NCBI RefSeq assembly: GCF_006345805.1
Contig: NC_043014.1
Location: forward strand, 55,242,001 to 55,306,000
Source: Octopus sinensis
Lineage: Eukaryota
DNA length: 64,000 bases
Direction: 5' to 3'
Below are positions 13,154 through 26,110 of this stretch, piece by piece (the first letter of the stretch is position 1; each line of letters begins with the position of its first letter). The position numbers and the translations under genes were made by a program. The notes below the pieces were generated by a model. That model was not told the origin of the DNA. It ran no database searches and saw only the letters and a program-made list of their open reading frames with translations.

Positions 13154-14599
13154 AAGAGATAAGTGTCATCTAGAAGAGCTGTCTTCCCTATGGCTTTGTC
13201 CTGTATAAGACATTAAACTGCATCTGGTAGTGAGGCCCCATTTTAGGGGTTTTACAGTTGCAAGGGGCGTGGACTCACCCCTTAAATACAACTACACACA
13301 CAGAGTAATGGTGGGTCTCCAAAGAATGAGTGTGATGGAGAGTGAGTAGTAACAAGTCTGTACTTTTTGAATGCCCCTGACAAGCTTCTATAAAGTTTTT
13401 GACAACCCATTTTCACTGACCCGAAGCCATAGAAAATTACATTTGCCAAAGATATCATGCAGTAGGATTGAACTCAGGACCTCCTGGTTGGGAAGCAAAC
13501 TTCTTAACCATGGAGATGCTGAATTGCATCTACATACATACACATATGTATGTGTGTGTGTGTGTGTATATATATATCATCATCGTTTAACGTCCGCTAA
13601 ATATGCTAGCATGGGTTGGATGGTTCAACCGGGGTCTGGGAAGCCAGGAGGCTGCACCAGGCTCTAGTCTGATCTGGCAGTGTTTCTAGAGCTGGATGCC
13701 CTTCCTAATGCCAACCACCCCAAGAGTGTAGTGGGTGCTTTATATATATACACACATATGTATACATGAATATATATGCATGCTATAGGTTATGTTGTGT
13801 TTAGGGCAGCTACTTGTCTGTATTTAAGCCAGATTATCCCCAAAAACAGTGCTTCTTGCTTCCGTAAGATACATCAGAGACAAAAGTTTGGTTCAAGAGA
13901 TGTGGTATTTATTTGTAAGACAAGAAAGAGTTAAAAAATGGTAAGTGTGTATTTTGTGTTGTTGAGAATTTCTTCAGACAGAACATCCTGCTTATAAACG
14001 TTTTTTGTATAATGGAGGGGGGTGCCATTAATGACTCACGATCATCATGACTTCCTCAATTTCTTAAAAATACAAAATACAAAAGTAAAGCTGCATCTGT
14101 TTTTGCAGGGCACTGTATAATCCATAGGCAACATTTGGTCGCAAACAAAAGAGGCCAACTCCAGGAATCGTTAAGCATCCTGTTAATGAAGTTAAGAACA
14201 CAAGTTCTTAGTTCCTGGTGGGAGTTTATGAATGTTCCATTGTTGGAGACACACACACATACACACACATGAAAGTTAAATGGTTGTTTAAGAGAAACTG
14301 CCCAAGGCAGTTCTGTTCACTTTACAAAACAGTTGAAGAATTCTTTAAAAGACACTAAATCTTGTTATTCTCTGAAGTCAGAAACATCAAGCAGAAGACA
14401 TTACTTGCTTGCTTTTATCTCAACTATATCCGTGAGTGTAGTGGGTGCTTTTTATGTGCCACCGGCACAGGGGCCCAGAGGAGGCTGGCAAACGGTCACG
14501 ATCGTTTGGTGCTTTTCACGTGTCAATGACACGGATGCCAGTGAAGCGGCGCTTGCATATACCTTCTTCTATTTTCTCTCCCTGTTTATTTCTGTGTTC

Positions 14600-14635
14600 C
14601 TTTCTGTCAAAGAGTGTATACTTGAAACCTAAAAG
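14600..14635 (+). ncRNA. Degenerate copy of the A6U hammerhead-like motif
   Basis: CTTT-CTGTCAA-A-GAGT(GTAT)ACTT-GAAA-CCT-A-AAAG, within a repeat homologous to 39060-39225. Confidence 0.35.
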
Positions 14636-14735
14636 ACTTTCTCACTTCCCGAGTGTTAAGCTAATACATCTGTTTGTTGTTTACACACCCGTCTTTGTCT
14701 TTTGTAAACTCTCACTATATATATGTGTGTGTGTA

Positions 14736-14766
<31 letters not shown>

Positions 14767-15301
14767 TATATATTTACAAAATTCAACAAAGTTACTTTGC
14801 AATGACAACAAAGCAACCCTATGAAAGGCAAACTTGCCCTTTAGCCCTCTCCACATTTCTGATCAAGTTTCAGTTATTCAAACAGAAGAGCTCATTGTGA
14901 ACTCTTTCCGTTTCTGATCTTTTCTGAACAAGATTCATAAAGACAGGTGCTGTAGATTTCAGAATCTTTGTTTATGTTGCTTAAAATATCCGACTGGGTG
15001 ATCAAGCCATTCCTAGATACTAGCAGCAAGATAATAGTAATAGGAGAAAAAAAGAATTTCGCTCCAAAATGACTCTAAACTCAGGCCAAAGTTTAGAAAC
15101 TTGTATAAAGATATTTGGTTACCGAAAAAAGAAGAAAATTAAAAATTCTGATTGCTATTCTGCACTGAAGAACAAAGTGAAGGTGTGTTTTATTGCTTCC
15201 CAACATCATATTTCCTAGAAACTAAAGGCACATGGCTTAGTGGTTCAGGTGTTTGGCTCACCATTGTAAGCTTGTGGGTCAATGCATAAGGGCAGGTATA
15301 A

Positions 15302-15512
15302 CCCTTTAGCAATTAAACCGGCCAAAAGTATTCTGCCTGTTCTATGTTCAAACTGGCCAGATCTGGTCTCTCACACCAACCCTACAATATCATTTTAAAA
15401 ATTAACAGCTACCTCACCAAAATCTCATCGCTACAAGATAATGCATGATTAGTTCAAAACAATGTGGATAAAAAAGGATTAATTTTGGCAGAATAATGCG
15501 AACACTAAAGGG
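15302..15512. mobile_element. piggyBac-like MITE (second family)
   Basis: ATAA|CCCTTTAG...CTAAAGGG|TTAA. Relatives lie at about 19460-19690, 35385-35600 and 57490-57605. Confidence 0.7.
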
Positions 15513-16444
15513 TTAATGCAGTATGTTTGTTTTGAGATATACTTAGATTGTGATTCCTGCAATGTGATGTATAAATTGTCGAGTAAAGGAGAGGCATCTT
15601 TGCCTCCACTGATTCAGTTGCAAAGTGTTGAGTAAAGTTATTTGGTTGCAGACCTCCTTTCAGTCTTTTTATTATCACTGAGTCACACATAGTCCCCAGA
15701 TGGTAACATTGATTTTAAGGCCCTTCCCAGATGAGTGACTGGTTATTGAAAGACATTTATAGATTGTAAATTTATTCTGTTCAGTTACCTATCAGTATAG
15801 TGGTCATTGGCAAACTATAGAGGTGACACTTTCATTTCCCCTTAGCCCTCACGTCACACTGTTGTTAATGTTTATTTGAGTTAGGTCACACCCTTCCAAC
15901 TGCTATAGATCTGTAATGCATCTTACGGCTGTGCCTGTCACCTGTATGGTGAGGAATCCTACACTGGGGAGTGGTAACGACTAGGGTAGGGTAGCTGACT
16001 GCTTATTGTGATCATTCATCTTTTGATTTCCTGTAGCTTTGCTCTCTTTTACAAACCAAGTGAACATACATATATTTCTGATTTCAAAGAAATTTTAACA
16101 ATAGATATAAGATCCAATGTAAAAAGATTCCCAACAATTCAACTTCTCTGGTTGACTTTAAGACCCCACCCCAACACGGGCCTTAACTCCCACATTTTAG
16201 CGCTCCATGGGCTCCATTTTTCAGGAGTAAAAACCTCTGAATAGGTTTCATAAGATTTGGATTTTGGAATCTGGGCATAAAGATGAGTAGAATAGGATAA
16301 ATATGCCATGATTAGAATTTTTGTTAGGATGTGCAAAGAAGGAAAGAACCCTCATTAAAATCCTTAATCTGCAATTTTGATGAAATTCGAATCATAGGTA
16401 TTCAAGTTCATTAGATAAAATATAAAAGAAAAGTTTAATTCTTC

Positions 16445-16485
16445 AATTCCATGCGAAATGGGCAAAGCCACGGATCTCTGCTAGT
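16445..16485 (+). mobile_element. Possible Helitron 3' end
   Basis: GC-richer segment ending CTGCTAG|T before a (TA)n tract. No 5' end identified. Confidence 0.3.
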
Positions 16486-16539
16486 ATATATATATATTTC
16501 TGCTGCTTTTAAATAAAGTATATATATATATATATGTGG

Positions 16540-16860
16540 CACACCGTGCCGGTGGCACGTAAAAAGCACCATCCGACCGTGGCCATTGCCAGCTTCGTCT
16601 GGTCCCCGTGCTGGTGGCACGTAAAAAGCACCATCCGATCGTGGCCGTTTGCCAGCCTCCCCTGGCACCTGTGCCGGTGGCACGTAAAAGCCCCCACTAC
16701 ACTCATGGAGTGGTTGGCGTTAGGAAGGGCATCCAGCTGTAGAACCACTGCCAGATCAGACTGGGCCTGGTGCAGCCTTCTGGCTTCCCAAACCCCAGTT
16801 GAACCGTCCAACCCATGCCAGCATGGAAAGTGGACGTTAAATGATGACGATGATGATGAT
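16540..16860 (+). mobile_element. RTE-3'UTR-type element, 3 units
   Basis: Same unit, 3' block and tail as the other copies. Confidence 0.85.
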
Positions 16861-17296
16861 ATATATGCAAATAACTAGATATATGTTGTTGTTTAACCTG
16901 AACTGAGCCCTAGTTGACCATGTCAGAGGTCAAAGGCATTCCAGCCCTAATCAGCTCACATTTTCTTTTCAGAGACAGTGTACTTAGGAACATTTTTAAG
17001 ATGGTAGAGGGCAATAAGAGGAAGATTTGGCTACTATTTCTAGCAGGCTGAGTGACTACACGGAGGGTCCCTCCATAGATGTATGTATTGCTGCATGGTG
17101 TATAATAGTAAACAGAATGCAGGCCAAAGACCTTGGACACTCAACATGCAAGAGATAGCAGTCAAACCTTCCTCAGACCACACTCTATTTTCTTAAACAA
17201 GACAGAACATAATGTTGACAAGTGGTTCTACATCAAAGATAAACATATAATGTCATACATGCATATAAATGTATACACATGCATGTATGTATGTAT

Positions 17297-17481
17297 ACTC
17301 TTTTACTTGTTTCAGTCATTTGACTGCGGCCATGTTGGAGCACCGCCTTTAATCGAGCAACTCGACCCTGGGACTTATTCTTTTGTAAGCCCAGTACTTA
17401 TTCTATTGTAAGCACACCAGCATCGGTTGTCAAGCAATGCTAGGAGGACAAACACAGACACACAAATACACACACACACAC

Positions 17482-17512
<31 letters not shown>

Positions 17513-17672
17513 CGACAGGCTTCTTTCAGTTTCCGTCTACCAAATCCACTCACAAGGCATTGGTCGGCCCGGGGCTACAGTAGAGGACACTTGCCCAAGG
17601 TGCCACGCAGTGGGACTGAACCCAGAACCATGTGGTTGGTAAGCAAGCTACTTACCACACAGCCACTCCTGC
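17297..17672 (-). mobile_element. Family-A SINE
   Basis: Same modules as 5455-5858, with an internal deletion. Confidence 0.85.
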
Positions 17673-20600
17673 ATCTATATGTATGATATGCATATATGTA
17701 TTCTGTGAAAATATGTCTAGTTATGGGGAGATATTATCTTGCTTGGAAACACGTGAGGGTTAGCAACAGGAAGAGCATCAAGGAGTAGAAAAATTTGCCT
17801 CAACAAACTCAGTTCAAACTATGGAAGCAAGAAAAAAAAGGATATTAAAACGACAAGGATACGTATCAACATATATATATATATATATATATGCTTATAT
17901 ATCTATAAACATATACACACATATATAAAAGAAAAAAAGAGGGGAACATGAAAGCAAGTGGATTTGTTTTTTAGCACAAGTCTGCTGGATCTGATCTGAA
18001 CTGGAGCTAAACAACAACATCATCATCATCATTGTTTAACGTCTGTTTTCCATGCTAGCATGGGTTAGAGGGTTTGACTGGGGTCTGCGAAGCCAGGAGG
18101 CTGCGCCAGACTCCAGTCTGATCTGGCAAGGTTTCCACAGCTGGATGCCCTTCCTAATGCCAACCACTCCAAGAGTGTAGTGGGTGTTTTTTTACGTACC
18201 ACCGGCACAGGGGCCAGAGAAGGCTGGCAAATGGCCACAATTGGTTGATGCTTTTCATGTGTCACCGACACGGACGCCAGTCAGGTGACACTGGCATCAG
18301 CCACATTCGGATGGTGTTTTTTACGTATCATTTATAAAAACAACAAAACAAATACAGCCCATGGACCCATTAGACATAGCAGCCAAATCTCCCTTGATAT
18401 TAAACCCTACAGTCATAAAACAGAGGATGAAGGACACATTGGATAACGTAGACCAAGGTACATTATGACTGTAGAAGGGAAACAAAAGATCAGAATGGTC
18501 AGGCTTGGAATGCTTTCGGTCACTGGTTACTGGTCTGCTTGGTCAGGGCTGACCTGGGGCTAAATAACCTGCCAAGACAAATTATGACCAGCAACAAACA
18601 GTAGTAGATTCAAACCGGACACGCTCCACTTCATTTCCATCTGATCGTCACGCCCTTAGATAGCTCTGCTACTTCTAGCAGCAGCAGCATCAGCAGACAC
18701 AAGCTGTGCATTGTACAAGTGTTGCCAGCGACGACGATCTCAGCACCCGCACCGAGTCAGCTGATACAGAAATGGCACCAGCAATGCCAATGTCACTGTG
18801 ATGACAACGACGACGATGACGACGAATAGCAACAAAAACACAGAAGTGAATGACGATGTTGTTCAAAGGCGACTTGCTAGAAATAACAGTCAAATCTCCA
18901 TTTAAATCACTGTACCGTCTAAACAAAAAGGACACGTTGTGTAATGTAGTCTTACATACATTTTCTGAAAAATCAGATGGGATGGTCATGGAAAACACTG
19001 ATGATAGACCTACTCAATCAGAGCTGGACTGGGGCTAAATGACAATGGCATTTACTATGAACCAACGAGGAATCCACTACATGGTGTTTTGAGGTGCTAG
19101 CAATAGCAGCCAAATTTCCCTCAATTCACACCCCATCAACTAAAAATGGGGAAAGCTTTATCAGATAATGTAATCCTAGATATTCTGTCTTGGAACAAAA
19201 TGATTGTTCGTGACTAGGTACTTTCAATCATAGGTATATTCAACCAGGGTTGACCAAGGATTAAACAACAAGTGTACTACCAGATGAAAGAAATAAGGGA
19301 TAAAATGTGATCAATGAAGACTGAGCAATTACTGGATAGAAATTTCCTTAAGTGGTGCTTAAAAATCCTAAAAACAAGGGAGATAACTCCAATAAGATCA
19401 GTTGACTAAAATATAATAATAACCACTGGAAAAGACTGGAGTGGATGTAGTCTCCAAGCCTTTAGCATTCAGATTACTCCATCAAATTGATGCTTTTATT
19501 CATTGAAATTGCTTTGAATTTATCATGCAATATCTTAGAGCTTTGAGATTTTAATGACGGAACTGTGTATTTTTAAAATTACATTGTAGGTAGGATCGGT
19601 GTGAGAGGCCTGATCTGGTCAATTAGAATATAAAAAATAGGTAGAATATTTGGCCCAGATGTGGCCGATTTAAATTGTAAAGGGTAAAAAGCCAACTGGG
19701 TGAAAGCAATTGATGGGTTTTGATGTTCTCAACCATTTCATTGCCATATTTCTGTTGAAAATGGTCTGTCTCTGATTCAGATATTTTTGAAAATAAAGAA
19801 TTTAGGGGAATAATTTAGCTATCATTAAGCTGGTGTTTGGAACGGAAATTAGCATTAAATTTTGACCATCATCATCATCATCGTTTAACGTCCACTTTCC
19901 ATGCTAGCATGGGTTGGACGATTTGACTGAGGACTGGCAAACCGGATGGCTGCACCAGGCTCTAATCTGATCTGGCAGAGTTTATATAGCTGGATGCCCT
20001 TCCTAATGCCAACCACTCTGAGAGTGTAGTGGGTGTTTTTACGTGCCACCGGCATGAGGACCAGCCAGGCGGCACTGGTAACAGCCACACTCAAATGGTG
20101 CTTTTTAAGTGCCACCTGCACTGGCAACAACCTTGTTTTAATGTTTTTTCATGTGCCAATAAGGTGACGCTAACGTTTAAATTTAGATCATTTTAAACAG
20201 GACAGTTATCACAGATCTATAGGTGGACTTAGGCAGGTTGGTATCAAAGGAATTAATAGCTTTGTCATTATTAATTAACCTGAAATTTTGAGGAAAGGCT
20301 TTAGTTTAGATCACTTTAAAAGAGAAAGAGAGAGAGAGACGGTTTGAATCATAGAGCCACAGGGTGTCTCAAGTGGGTTGGCATCAAAATGATTAAGGAG
20401 ACTGACCATTTCAGACCCTACAATGGCCACTTTCCCAATCATTTTCCTCTAAATTTCTCCTTCGCCCACCCCCGTCTTAACACAAATACTACTTTCTCCT
20501 TTCATATAAACTATTTTATGAAGCTATTAACCCATGAAGTCCCACTGTCCTATAAATAGGACATTAAATGAGAACCTTAAATAAGCTATATCACATTGTA

Positions 20601-22403
20601 TCAGTGTCCTATTTATAGGACACCGAGTATTTCCATTTCCTACTTGAAGTAAAGGAATTTTAATAATTATTTTTTTTTTATTTTAACCTATTTTCAATCA
20701 TCTGTAAAACGATTCCGTGCCGGTGGCACATAAAAAGCACCCACTACACTCACAGAGTGGTTGGTGTTAGGAAGGGCATCCAGCTGTAGAAACACTGCCA
20801 GATCAGACTGGAGCCTGGTGCAGCCTCCTGGCTTCCCAGACCCCGGTTGAAGCGTCCAACCCATGCTAACATGGAAAGCGGATGTTAAACGATGATGATG
20901 ATGATGATGATTCAGAAATTTAAGTATGGGTTGAAATCACTTAGTCATTATTTGTTTTCAAATTTTGGCACAAGGCCAGCAATTTCAGGAGAGGGGGTGG
21001 GGGTAAGTTGATTACATCGACCCCAGAGTTCAAATGGTACTTAATTTATTGGTCCTGGAAGGATGAAAGGCAAAGTCGACCTCAGCAGAATTTGAACTCG
21101 GAATGGAAAGATGGATGAAATGCCACTAAGCCTTTCGCCCAGCATGCTAACAATTCTGCCGGCTCGCTGTGTAACTAACTCAGCCATCATTAATCTGTTG
21201 TTTGCAACATGAAACTTTGACGGAAGGTTGAAACAAGACGCTTCAGGTAAGTCACTCTCAAAATGGTTAAACCGCTTCATTGAAGCATATCCTGTTCAGT
21301 TGCCAAAACAAAAAGTTATCAATAAACATAGGCATGTGGTGTGTGTGTGTGGGAGGTGTGAGTGTCTGTTGGCAGCATCAATAATTTGGATGAGTAAGAA
21401 CACACGTGATTGATACATATACTAGGTCTTTTAGAATATAGAATACTGCCTTGAGGCGCTTTTTACTCCTCAACCATTTTATAGGTGACCAGGTGAACTT
21501 AGCCACCAGGATCATCATCATTGTTTAACGTCCGCTTTCCATGCTAGCATGGGTTGGACGATTTGATTGAGGGCTGGCGAACCAGATGGCTGCACCAGGC
21601 TCCAGTCTTGATCTGGCAGAGTTTCTACAGCTGGATGCCCTTCCTAATGCCAACCACTCCAAGAGTGTAGTGGGTACTTTGCGCCAGTCAGGCGGTACTG
21701 GCAACAACCTCGCTCGAATCTTTTTACACATGCCACTACCTCTTATAAAAATAAACAAAACATAGTTTGTAGTATATTTTTAATGTTTTCAGTGACTGGA
21801 CTGCAAATAAGATGGAGCATCATTTCGGATGGATTATTACTCAACTGTGTTGATTCTAGGATCTTAATTATTCTGACGTCTATTTCATTTGTTGTCCATT
21901 GAAATGGCTAAGTTACCCTGAGAGTAAAGGGACACAACACACTTTTACACAACCTACACAAAAACATATATACCCACCTATGTACATCGACATCACATTA
22001 CATTAGTTATATATCACTATATCAGCCAGACTTTTGGATGTTGTTATACACCACTGACCACAGTGCATTTCCTTGCATTGCTGCAGCATTTGAATAATGC
22101 CACCTTGCTGAACAGAATGCCTGGCCATTGCAGGGTAACCCATTTACAGCCAAGTAGACTGGAGTAACATGATATAAAGTGTTCTGCTTCAGAACACAAT
22201 GTGCTGTAGGTCTAGGAATTGAAACCACAATCTTCCGATCATTAGTACAAGACCCTAACCGCTATGCTATGTATATATATATATTATATGGTATAGTTAC
22301 ACATACATGTATACAAGCACACACTCACCCACAGACTGTGAGTGTGTGTGCCTATGACATACACTTTATGAATACATATGGTTGTATTTTATGTATGTAT
22401 GTA

Positions 22404-22847
22404 TCGGAATCGAAATTGAACCAATCCTATGACTGGCACCCGGCAGATGCCAGGATCCCTGGACTGGAGATACGTAAAAAGCACTATCTGAATCGTGGCC
22501 GATGCCAGCGCCACCTTGACTGGCTTCCGTGCAGGTGGCACGTAAAAAGCACCATCCGCATCGTGGCCAAAGCCAGTACCGCCTCGACTGGCTTCCGTGC
22601 AGGTGGCACGTAAAATGCACCAATCCGACCGTGGCTGATGCCAGCCTCACCTGGCACCAGTGCAGGTGGCACGTAAAAAGCACCCACTACACTCACGGAG
22701 TGGTTGGTGTTAGGAAGGGCATCCAGCTGTAGAAACACTGCCAGATCAGACTGGAGCCTGGTGCAACCTTCTGGCTTCCTAGATCCCCGGTTGAACCGTC
22801 CAACCCATGCTAGCATGGAGAACGGACGTTAAATGATGATGATGATG
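22404..22847 (+). mobile_element. RTE-3'UTR-type element
   Basis: Same unit, 3' block and tail as the other copies. Confidence 0.85.
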
Positions 22848-23041
22848 TATATTTCAGAGGATACCAAATTCCTAAGAACATGGTCAGGCCATGAAGAATA
22901 AAGAACTCAAAGTGAAGAATCTTATGTGTCTATATGTTTAATCCACAAATGTAAGTCCAACAAAATATATATTGCTTTACCAATTGACCCTTCAGAAACT
23001 ATTTGAGGTCTGTGGAAAATGGATGTGTGTGTGTGTGTGTA

Positions 23042-23413
23042 TCTCTCTCTATATAAACGGCAGTTTGTCTGTGCGTTTTCTGTGTGTCTGTTTTCTCGTA
23101 CCCTCACTCTGACCACGGCTTTCAACCGATTCTGATGAAACTTGACACACACATAGCCCAATGTCATAATTCAAAACTAACGCAGCGAAAATTTTGAAAT
23201 GTTCCCCCAGTTCTGAAAAAAATCGATAAATTCGACATGGGGTCGAGAATCAGAAACCCAAACCACAGACTGTCTAGGGGACGCAACTCCACCTTTTTTA
23301 ACTCTCAAAAAAAATTTACCATAATTTTTTTTCCACTTTTTGGCTATAACTCTCTAAAAATGCTTTATAGTTATTTCCCTTACAACCTGAGCAACGCCGG
23401 GCGATACTGCTAG
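23042..23413 (+). mobile_element. Non-autonomous Helitron
   Basis: A|TC...CTAG|T termini, no TSD, and a subterminal GC hairpin (CCTGAGCAACGCCGGG) 8 nt before CTAG. Confidence 0.8.
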
Positions 23414-24159
23414 TATATATATATACACACACACACACAGATATTATGTGTACGCATCATCACCATCATTTAATGTCCGTTTCCCAGGGTGGCATGGATT
23501 GGACAGGTTGACTTAGAGCTGGTACGCTGTGGAGCTGCACCCGGTTCCGATCTGATTTGGTAGGGTTTCTAAGGTTGCAAGGCCCTTCCTTACGCCAACC
23601 ACTCTGAGAGTGTAGTGGGTATTTTTTTTACATGCCACCAGCATGGGTGCCACTGACCTGACACTGGAACAATTAAGGGCAAAGTATTAGCAGAATCATT
23701 AGGGTGCTGGAGGGGGGGGGAATACCTTGTGGTATTTGTTCTGGCTGTTTACATTCTGAGTTCAAATCCAACTGAGGTCAACTTCACCTTTCTTCCCTCT
23801 GGGATTGATAAAATAAAGGACCAGTCAAGTACTAGCGGGGGTCAATCTAATCAACTAACTCCTTCCTTTGAAAGTTGCTTGTCTTGTCACTAAATCAAAA
23901 TTATTAAACAGGCAGGAAGTTGCTAGAATCTTTAGAGCATTGGACAAAAATGCCTTCTGGCTTTTCTTCCATTCCTTTGTGTTCTGAGTTCAAATGCTGG
24001 TGAGGTCAGCTTTGTCTTTTATCCCCTTGAGGTTGACAAAACCAAGAACCGAGGACGGTGGTATCAACTAAATCTCACCTGTCAGGCTTAACTTTGACTT
24101 TTGTTTTGCGATAAGATAAATACCAGTGAAATCCTGGGGAGTGATGTAATCGGTTTTAC

Positions 24160-24615
24160 ATCATCATCATCATCATCGTTTAATGTCCGTTTTCCGCGCT
24201 AGCACGGGTCGGACGGTTCAACCGGGGTCTGGGAAGCCAGGGGCTGCACCAGGCTCCAGTCTGATCTGGCAGTGTTTCTACAGCTGGATGCCCTTATTAA
24301 CGCCAACCACTCCGTGAGCGTAGTGGGTGCTTTTTACGTGCCACCTGCACAGGTGCCAGGGGAGTCTGGCATCAGCCACGATCAGTTGGTGTTTTTAACG
24401 TGCCACCGGCACGGAAGCCAGCCAAGGCGGCGCTGCCAACGGCCATGTTCGGATGGTGCTTTTTATGTGCCACCGGCACAGAAGCCAGTTGAGGCGGCGC
24501 TGGCAATGGCCACGTTCGGATGGTGCTTTTTATATTCCACCGGCACAGAAGCCAGCCGAGGCGGCGCTGGCAACGGCCACGTTCGGATGGTGCTTTTTAT
24601 GTGCCACCGGCACAG
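24160..24615 (-). mobile_element. RTE-3'UTR-type element with about 5 units of about 63 bp
   Basis: Same unit, 3' block and tail. Further copies lie at about 2630, 18020, 19867, 20715, 21512, 39451, 46518, 48100, 52173, 54365, 61205 and 63120. Confidence 0.85.
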
Positions 24616-24634
24616 GTATCACAACTACTATGGG

Positions 24635-24995
24635 TGCAGGCATGGCTGTGTGGTTAAGAGGTCTGCCATAAACCCAGCCATGCAGATTCTGGTCAGGTTC
24701 CACCATGGAGCATCTTGTGCAACTAAAAATCAAAGTGGATGTGGTAGATGGAAACTAAAAGAAGCCCATCATGTATGTGTGTGTGTGTCCTTGACATCAC
24801 GTGATGTTTGTGAAACAAGTATCGCAGTCATTCAAGTGGTTGTTCACTTCCAATCTTCTGTGGAAAATGTCAGGCCATGGTGAAATATTACCTTGCTTGG
24901 CACCAAGCAATGGTTGGTAATGGGGAAAGCATCTGGCCACAGAAAAATCTGACTCGATGATTTCTGTCTGACCCATGCAAGCATGCAAAAGAGGA
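24635..24995 (+). mobile_element. SINE with a family-A-type head and an RTE-type tail
   Basis: Head CAGGCATGGCTGTGTGGTTAAG and tail ACCCATGCAAGCATGCAAAAGAGGACATTA. Related minus-strand fragments lie at about 30620-30790 and 57990-58400. Confidence 0.6.
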
Positions 24996-25515
24996 CATTA
25001 TACATTTCTTTGTTGCCCACAAGGGGCTAAACATAGAGGGGACAAACAAGGACAGACAAAGGGATTAAGTCGATTACATCGACCCCAGTGCGTAAATGGT
25101 ACTTTATTTATCGACCCCGAAGGGATGAAAGGCAAAGAGGACATTATAATGGTGATAATGAGGATTCTTGCCCAGGTGGTAGGGCAACCTAGTTAATGAT
25201 TGTTTTCGTTATTTTTTGGAAATGGTAGCAACACCATTGAATAATCAAAGACTTAATCTTTATGTTTGCACAAGACACCTTCCAACACAGTAAATTCGGT
25301 CATTTAATTCTTTCTCCCATCAAATCTTTCTTGCTTTGCTGAGTGGAAACAAAATATAATAATGCTATAATACACACACGTGTGTGTGTTATATAACTGT
25401 GAAGACATTTCAGTTGAGGACTGGTAAGACCTTCACCCAACCAAGATGATGAGCAGTGAACAAAAACAACACATAAACATTAAAAAGAACAAAAAAGATC
25501 AAAAGGGTAACTCAC

Positions 25516-26110
25516 CAACAGCTGGAGCATCGTAAGAATCTCCGAGTAAGATCTCTGGTGCCGAATAGGCAAGGGAACCACATGAAGTCTCTAGTTTTTT
25601 GCCAGGCTTAAAGACATTGCTAAATCCAAAATCTGTGAGCTTAACGATGCCTAGTTTTTCAAAGAAGACCACGTTTTCAGGCTTGAGGTCTCTGTGACAT
25701 ACGTGTAACTGGTGACAGTACGAGATGGCATCTACAATTTGCTTAAAATACTTGCGGGCCAGGCTGTCATTGAGGCCCTTATCGTGCTTCATTATGTAAT
25801 CGTACAAGTCTCCACCGTCACCCAGCTCCAAAATAAGGTACAATTTGGTCTGAGTGTCAATCACCTCATAGAGGCGGACAACATTAGGATGCTGCACCAA
25901 TTTCATGCACCGCACTTCCTGGAACAGATGGTTCTTTGACACTTCATCAAGTTTACTTTTATCGATAACTTTGACGGCGACCTTCTCGCCTGTGAACACA
26001 TGCCGGGCCAGCTTCACGACAGCAAAGTGGCCCCGGCCAATCGTGTCTTCCAGGTCATACAGACCAGCAATCTTTCGATCATAGTCACCACGTTGCTTAC
26101 GAGAAGCCAT
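25516..26110 (-). CDS. SNRK: SNF-related serine/threonine kinase, first coding exon (N-terminal kinase domain)
   Basis: The [54 protein letters not shown]...HRDLKPEN...DFGFSN...[22 protein letters not shown] closely matches SNRK as I recall it. ATG is at 26110-26108. The exon ends in a phase-1 donor G|GTGAG at 25516/25515, after 198 codons plus 1 nt. Confidence 0.95.

Noticed and set aside
14095-14120. Tc1-like terminus (TA|CAGTGCCCTGCAAAA on the minus strand)
   Set aside because: No matching opposite end or transposase remnant was found.
16545-16695. CRISPR-like array of about 27-bp palindromic repeats with about 35-bp spacers (also 24330-24615 and 37790-38150)
   Set aside because: The spacers are homologous to each other, there are no cas genes, the context is eukaryotic, and the units belong to the RTE 3'UTR family.
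24272-24883. 203-aa ORF and many similar MFLQLDALPNANHS / MSSNARGTNT / HRGDKQGQTKG ORFs
   Set aside because: These are recurrent readings of SINE and RTE-UTR sequence, not genes.
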